From the NCBI GenBank assembly GCA_963823665.1, contig CAWGMQ010000004.1:160001-224000 (forward strand): a stretch of DNA of 64,000 nucleotides, read 5' to 3'. Under the pieces are notes generated by a model. It saw only the letters and a list, made by a program, of their open reading frames with translations, was not told the origin of the DNA and did not search any database. This document shows, piece after piece, positions 59,772 through 64,000 of the stretch. Position numbers and translations under genes: made by a program. Position 1 is the first letter of the stretch. Each line of letters opens with the position of its first letter. The stretch is from an uncultured Planctomycetota bacterium (GTDB taxonomy: Bacteria > Planctomycetota > Planctomycetia > Isosphaerales > Isosphaeraceae).

Positions 59772-60240
59772 GCCCGGCTCTCCACAACAATCAATTCACA
59801 CCCGCCCGCGCATCACGTGGGTCAGGCTTTCAGCCTGAAGATTCACACCCAATCATTCCCACCCGCACACAGGCGGTCAAGACAAAGCGCATACGGTGCC
59901 ACACTCGCGCCGAAGCAAAGGGCCGACCAATCTACACGCGCCACGTCGCGCATCACCAGACGAACGGCCGCCGCCAGAAAAAAGCCCCCGCACATGTGGG
60001 GGGCAACCACACATGCGCGGGGCGTAGAGCGGTCACCGACTTACGACCCGCTCTATATATTGTTTAAGGCAAGCAATGCCGAATTCATCGCAAACTCGCA
60101 AAAATCCACCTTTGACTCGCTATTTCCCGTCGAGACGCATTGAGAACCCATTCGCGGCACGTCTTTTGCACAATATCCTCACAGAACAATTCACCCGGAT
60201 GGTGAGTCCGGGGCTCTCTCAAACAGGTGAGGATGTTTCC

Positions 60241-60675
60241 ATGGCTGATACCATCAAAGGCAAGGCCCAGAAGGCGGGGCGCGAGATCGCCGAGAAGGCA
60301 ACCGAGGTCGGGCATAAGGTCGCCGAGCGAGTAGAAGAAGGCGCGGATTGGGCGAAGGAAACCGCCCACAAGGTGGGTCACCGCGTGCAAGAGGCCACCG
60401 AGAAGCTCGAGCACAAGGCCCACGAGGTCTTCGGCGATCACAGCGCAGCAAGCTCGGTGGGAACCATACGAGAGCACATGCACGTAATTGGCTCGTGCGG
60501 CAATAAGCTGGGCCGCGTCGACCACGTGCAAGGTGAAACGATCAAGCTGACCCGCAATGGCAGTTCTGATGGCCTGCACCACTTCATCCCCACGAGTTGG
60601 GTCAACCACGTCGACGACCACGTGCACTTGAACAAGACATGCGTTCAGGCCAAACAGGAGTGGCGGAGCGAATGA
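60241..60675 (+). CDS. DUF2171-like protein with N-terminal LEA/CsbD-like repeats
   Basis: IREHMHVIGSCG..LGRVDHV..IKLT...HHFIP.SWV. Confidence 0.75.
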   Translation: MADTIKGKAQKAGREIAEKATEVGHKVAERVEEGADWAKETAHKVGHRVQEATEKLEHKAHEVFGDHSAASSVGTIREHMHVIGSCGNKLGRVDHVQGETIKLTRNGSSDGLHHFIPTSWVNHVDDHVHLNKTCVQAKQEWRSE

Positions 60676-60933
60676 AAACGCCTGCCGCTCTGGGTCGGCG
60701 TTGATGCTGCGCGGGCCGGGGGTTGCCCCCCGGCCGGCTCGGCCTCGAACGCGGCAATGCTCGCCGCAAATTCGGAGCCTCCGTTGTTCTTGGCGCTCGT
60801 TGCTTTTCGACAACATCGGATTGCAGCCTCTGGCACGCCGTTCCGGTGCTCGCTATTATTTTCGTGTTTGGCCAGCGCCAGGTGCGGCGAATGAACCGTG
60901 AAGGTTTTGTTAAGCACTCAAAGGTGAGCCCAG

Positions 60934-61650
60934 ATGGTATCCTTTCCGACGACGCAGTGGTGCAGCGTGACGGAAGCCGGCAATCCAGACTCAGCCGCGG
61001 GGGTCGCCGCGCGCGCTGATCTTTGCCGGCAGTATTGGTACCCGATCTATTCCTTCATTCGATCGCGCGGCCATTCGCCCGACGAAGCCTGCGATCTCAC
61101 CCAGGACTATTTTTGCCGGCTCTTGGGCGGAGAGCTCCTCGCCGCCGCCGATCAAACGAAGGGCCGGTTCCGCTCCCTGTTGCGCGTCGATTGCGCCTAC
61201 TTCCTGGCCGATTGTTACGACCATCGCCGCGCTCTGAAGCGCGGAGGCGACCACAGGCAACTTTCGCTGGATATCAACAATGCCGAGCGACGCTACCGCC
61301 TCGAGCCCACCGACCGGCTCTGCCCCGACCGTCTCTTCGACCGCAACTGGGCTCTCGAGTTGCTCGACCGCGCCCTTGCCTACGTCGCCAATGAAGAAGC
61401 GGCATCGGGTCGGGCCTCCACGTTTGAGACGTTGAAACCCGTCTTGACCGAGGCCCCGCGCAGCGTGCCGTCCGGAACTCTCGCCGAGAAGATCGGCACC
61501 ACGGCAACCGCCGTCCGCTCCGCCGTCCAGCGGCTCAGACGACGATACCGCGAGGCCCTTCGAGCCGAAGTCGCCGCCACCTTGATCGACCCGACCGAAT
61601 CCGACGTCGACGACGAGATCCGCGCCCTGTTCGCCGTATTCGCGCAATGA
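60934..61650 (+). CDS. ECF-type sigma-70 factor
   Basis: FPTTQW, YWYPIYSFIR, DLTQDYF, GRFRS, KRGG, FDRNWA, RLRRRY. Confidence 0.85.
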   Translation: MVSFPTTQWCSVTEAGNPDSAAGVAARADLCRQYWYPIYSFIRSRGHSPDEACDLTQDYFCRLLGGELLAAADQTKGRFRSLLRVDCAYFLADCYDHRRALKRGGDHRQLSLDINNAERRYRLEPTDRLCPDRLFDRNWALELLDRALAYVANEEAASGRASTFETLKPVLTEAPRSVPSGTLAEKIGTTATAVRSAVQRLRRRYREALRAEVAATLIDPTESDVDDEIRALFAVFAQ

Positions 61651-61687
61651 GTGTGCGACCCGCATCGCGCACACCGGTCAACCTGAG

Positions 61688-61778
61688 TGTCGCCCTTCGC
61701 TCCGCCAAGAGACGCCGATCGCCGCTCGCGCGCGCCGGTCAAACGCATTGTCGCCTTTCGCTCCGCGAAAGTGCGTCC
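61688..61778. repeat. REP-like doublet CTTTCGCTCCGCGAAAG
   Basis: Two related copies between convergent genes. Confidence 0.6.
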
Positions 61779-61941
61779 GACTCCCCTCGCGCACACCGGC
61801 CAACGCCCGTCGAGTTCATCCGATTTTGTGCATCGGCGATGAATTCACCAGTTTTTTCCTTATACCAATACGCAGGTCTACTTAAGTGTCAGGCACCGAT
61901 TGTCCGCTCGCGAGCGCTAGGGACGGCCGGCTCAAGACTGA

Positions 61942-64000
61942 TCAACGACTCTTGACTGACCGCGGCGGCGGTCCTTGATGGCGGCTGGATGGATCCCAGA
62001 GGCGGAACTCCACGTCATTGCCGGCGCTCGACCGCGGAACCGCTTCGGTCTGGCCGCCGTCGTCACGGCGGTCCGCACCAACGGAGTAGATCGCAAGCTG
62101 TTCTTTTGCGCCGCGAAATCGAAGCGGTTTTCCGTCAAACGGATCGATCGGGACTCGTGGAATGAAACCAGGCACAAGGTCTTCGAGCGCGGTAGGCCAG
62201 GCGCCGCGGGCCAGGCGATACCGTTCGCAAGCAAGGCCCGCTGACGCACAGCGCAGCCGCGCGCGGCTATTCAGGCAGACGATCGTGATGCGATGGATGG
62301 CGGGGACGAACACCTTCGTCCCGAAGGATAGGCTCGTCGCCGATCGATCGGCCGGCGTTGAGAATCGCCCGGCACGTCGCAAGCGATTGCTCCGCGTTGC
62401 CAGCCTCGGACTCGAGCATCGCCTCGACGAGTAACAGGTGGGTAACGTCGCGGATCCTTGCCAGATGCGGCAGCGGGGTCGATATCCCGTCGCGGCTCCA
62501 CGCGACCGGAAACCGGCCATCGCGGAAGTCGGCCAAACCGCGCGCTTCGGCCAGGGCGGGCCCAGCTTGTTCAACTGCGGCCGATAGCGATCGCAGGCTT
62601 TCAAGGGAAAATTGTCGCTCAGGCGACACCGAGGAAATTAAGTCGAGCTGTTTTTGCTCGCCCTGGGACGGCCCGGTCCCGGCGCTTCGCCACGACGGTG
62701 GCAGAAGCTGGGCCGCAGCACTCACGAGCAGTGCGGAGTTCTTCTGATCCGGCACGCGCTGCCGCGCGGCTTCCAGGTCGTCCAGGCGCCACGCGGGGAA
62801 GAGCCGATCGGTCTCGGCGAGTGCGTCGCGCAGCGACCGCTCGCGACGCTCGAGCCAAACAATCTTCGTGATCCCAAGCGCGATAATGATCAAACCCACG
62901 ATCAGGACCGCCCGCTTCCGCCGCCATGCCCGCGATAGACCGATTTGCGCCCCATTTAATTGCGTGTTCACGCGCTCGGGACGGCCGGCGACCTGGTCGA
63001 ACCGGTTGAACGCCGCACGGCTAAGCAAAAACGCTGCTGCCGAAAAGACCGCGATGGAGCAGAGGCACGCGGCTAGCACGCGTGAAGGGCTCTCGTAAGT
63101 GTGGACATTCATCTGTTCAAGCCGGCGAAACGTCGGGCTGCCACCCATCACGTCGCGAACGTCTCCACTCGAAACCTGGCATAACCAGTTCACGGCCGGC
63201 GGCGATCCAGCCCCCATGAACACACTCGAATACCTGGACGGTACATACCAGATCAAGAACGAGCCCGACAGTAACAGCGCGGGAATCGAGCGCTCGATTC
63301 GACGCGGAAGCGCTATCACGCGCGTGAAGCGACGCGAACGTGCCCAGGGCCGTCATGAACCAGATCGATACACCGAGAACCACCACAGCCGCGCCGAAGC
63401 CAACCGGGTGCAACGACCCACTCACGAGCCCGAGCCCCCAGAGCAAGATCAGCAGAGCGACCCCCCAGCGCACCTTCCAGACAACCCCGAGCATCTTCGC
63501 GCGAAGGATGTCCCGGCCGCCCAAGGGGGTCGCGATCAGGCTTTCCCACGTGTCGCGCGCCCGTTCTCCGGTCACCGAGCCCGCAGCAACTCCGGCCACG
63601 ATTAACAGAAGGAGGAATTCGACCCAGGAACTGACGAGGCCCAAGAATCCGTTGAACTCCGTGCGCTTCGGATCAGGCCCCGACGTCCCGAATCCTTGCG
63701 TATACACCTCGATAAAGGCTGGACGCCCAAAGTAATAGGTGCCGTACCCGATCAAGCCGACGAGCGAGAGCGCACAGAGCGCGGCCAGAATCTCCGCGAG
63801 CCCGGGCACGCGCGACGTGTGAATCTCTTTCCAGAGCACCGGATCCTCACCGCAAGGGGGCCGCCGGAATAATCGCCGGCGAAGCCTCGTCCAGACGTGA
63901 GAGAACCTGTTCTGGGCACCCTCGCCCTCGGCCTGCCGGCGAGCAGACCGCCGCAGCCGCACGATCGACCAGAAGATAAACGCACAGCCGAAACAAAGCT
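61942..64000 (-). CDS. ABC-2-type permease apparently fused to a helical domain with pseudopilin-like C-terminus (5'-partial, frameshifts)
   Basis: PVLWKE, ERARDTWESLIATPL..ILRAK; C-terminal WP..L.DL.P...P.DPFDG...YSVG.D..DDGG. Confidence 0.6.

Overview
GC-rich bacterial chromosome segment, most likely a planctomycete (Isosphaeraceae-like; inferred from the giant WD40 protein, ECF type, RF(S/R)xR-leader membrane proteins and REP-like repeats). Single-base frameshifts occur even in aspS, so the sequence probably carries uncorrected indel errors and single frameshifts should not be read as pseudogenes. Layout: (i) 1-6.9 kb accessory region ending at tRNA-Ala(GGC), with an ELWxxDGT protein, lipase, solitary small+large terminase-like pair and amidohydrolase; (ii) 7-35.5 kb core genes (WD40, two DUF697 GTPases, amidase, Wza-like, phosphatase, NamZ-like, aspS, thiolase, dedA, exbBD-like, ilvNC, Gld-type ABC system); (iii) a ~21 kb island downstream of tRNA-Arg(ACG) (35.8-57.1 kb); (iv) 57-64 kb mixed genes. 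The island is the most notable part. It opens with a decayed inverted copy of the terminase module and an iteron-like cluster. Three nested ~6-7 kb units follow, each [pyrimidine-rich repeat array - wHTH - variable RFR(I/V)R-leader cargo gene - MGWKTINGRRY gene ... LRR cassettes]. Together they hold 11 co-oriented copies of a constant membrane-anchor leader fused to 1-11 variable 24-aa LRRs, most preceded by a conserved promoter-bearing ~130-nt element, plus an AbiEi/AbiEii TA pair. It looks like a modular, recombination-diversified receptor/defence cassette array built on phage-satellite remnants. No integrase, reverse transcriptase or CRISPR array is visible in the window.
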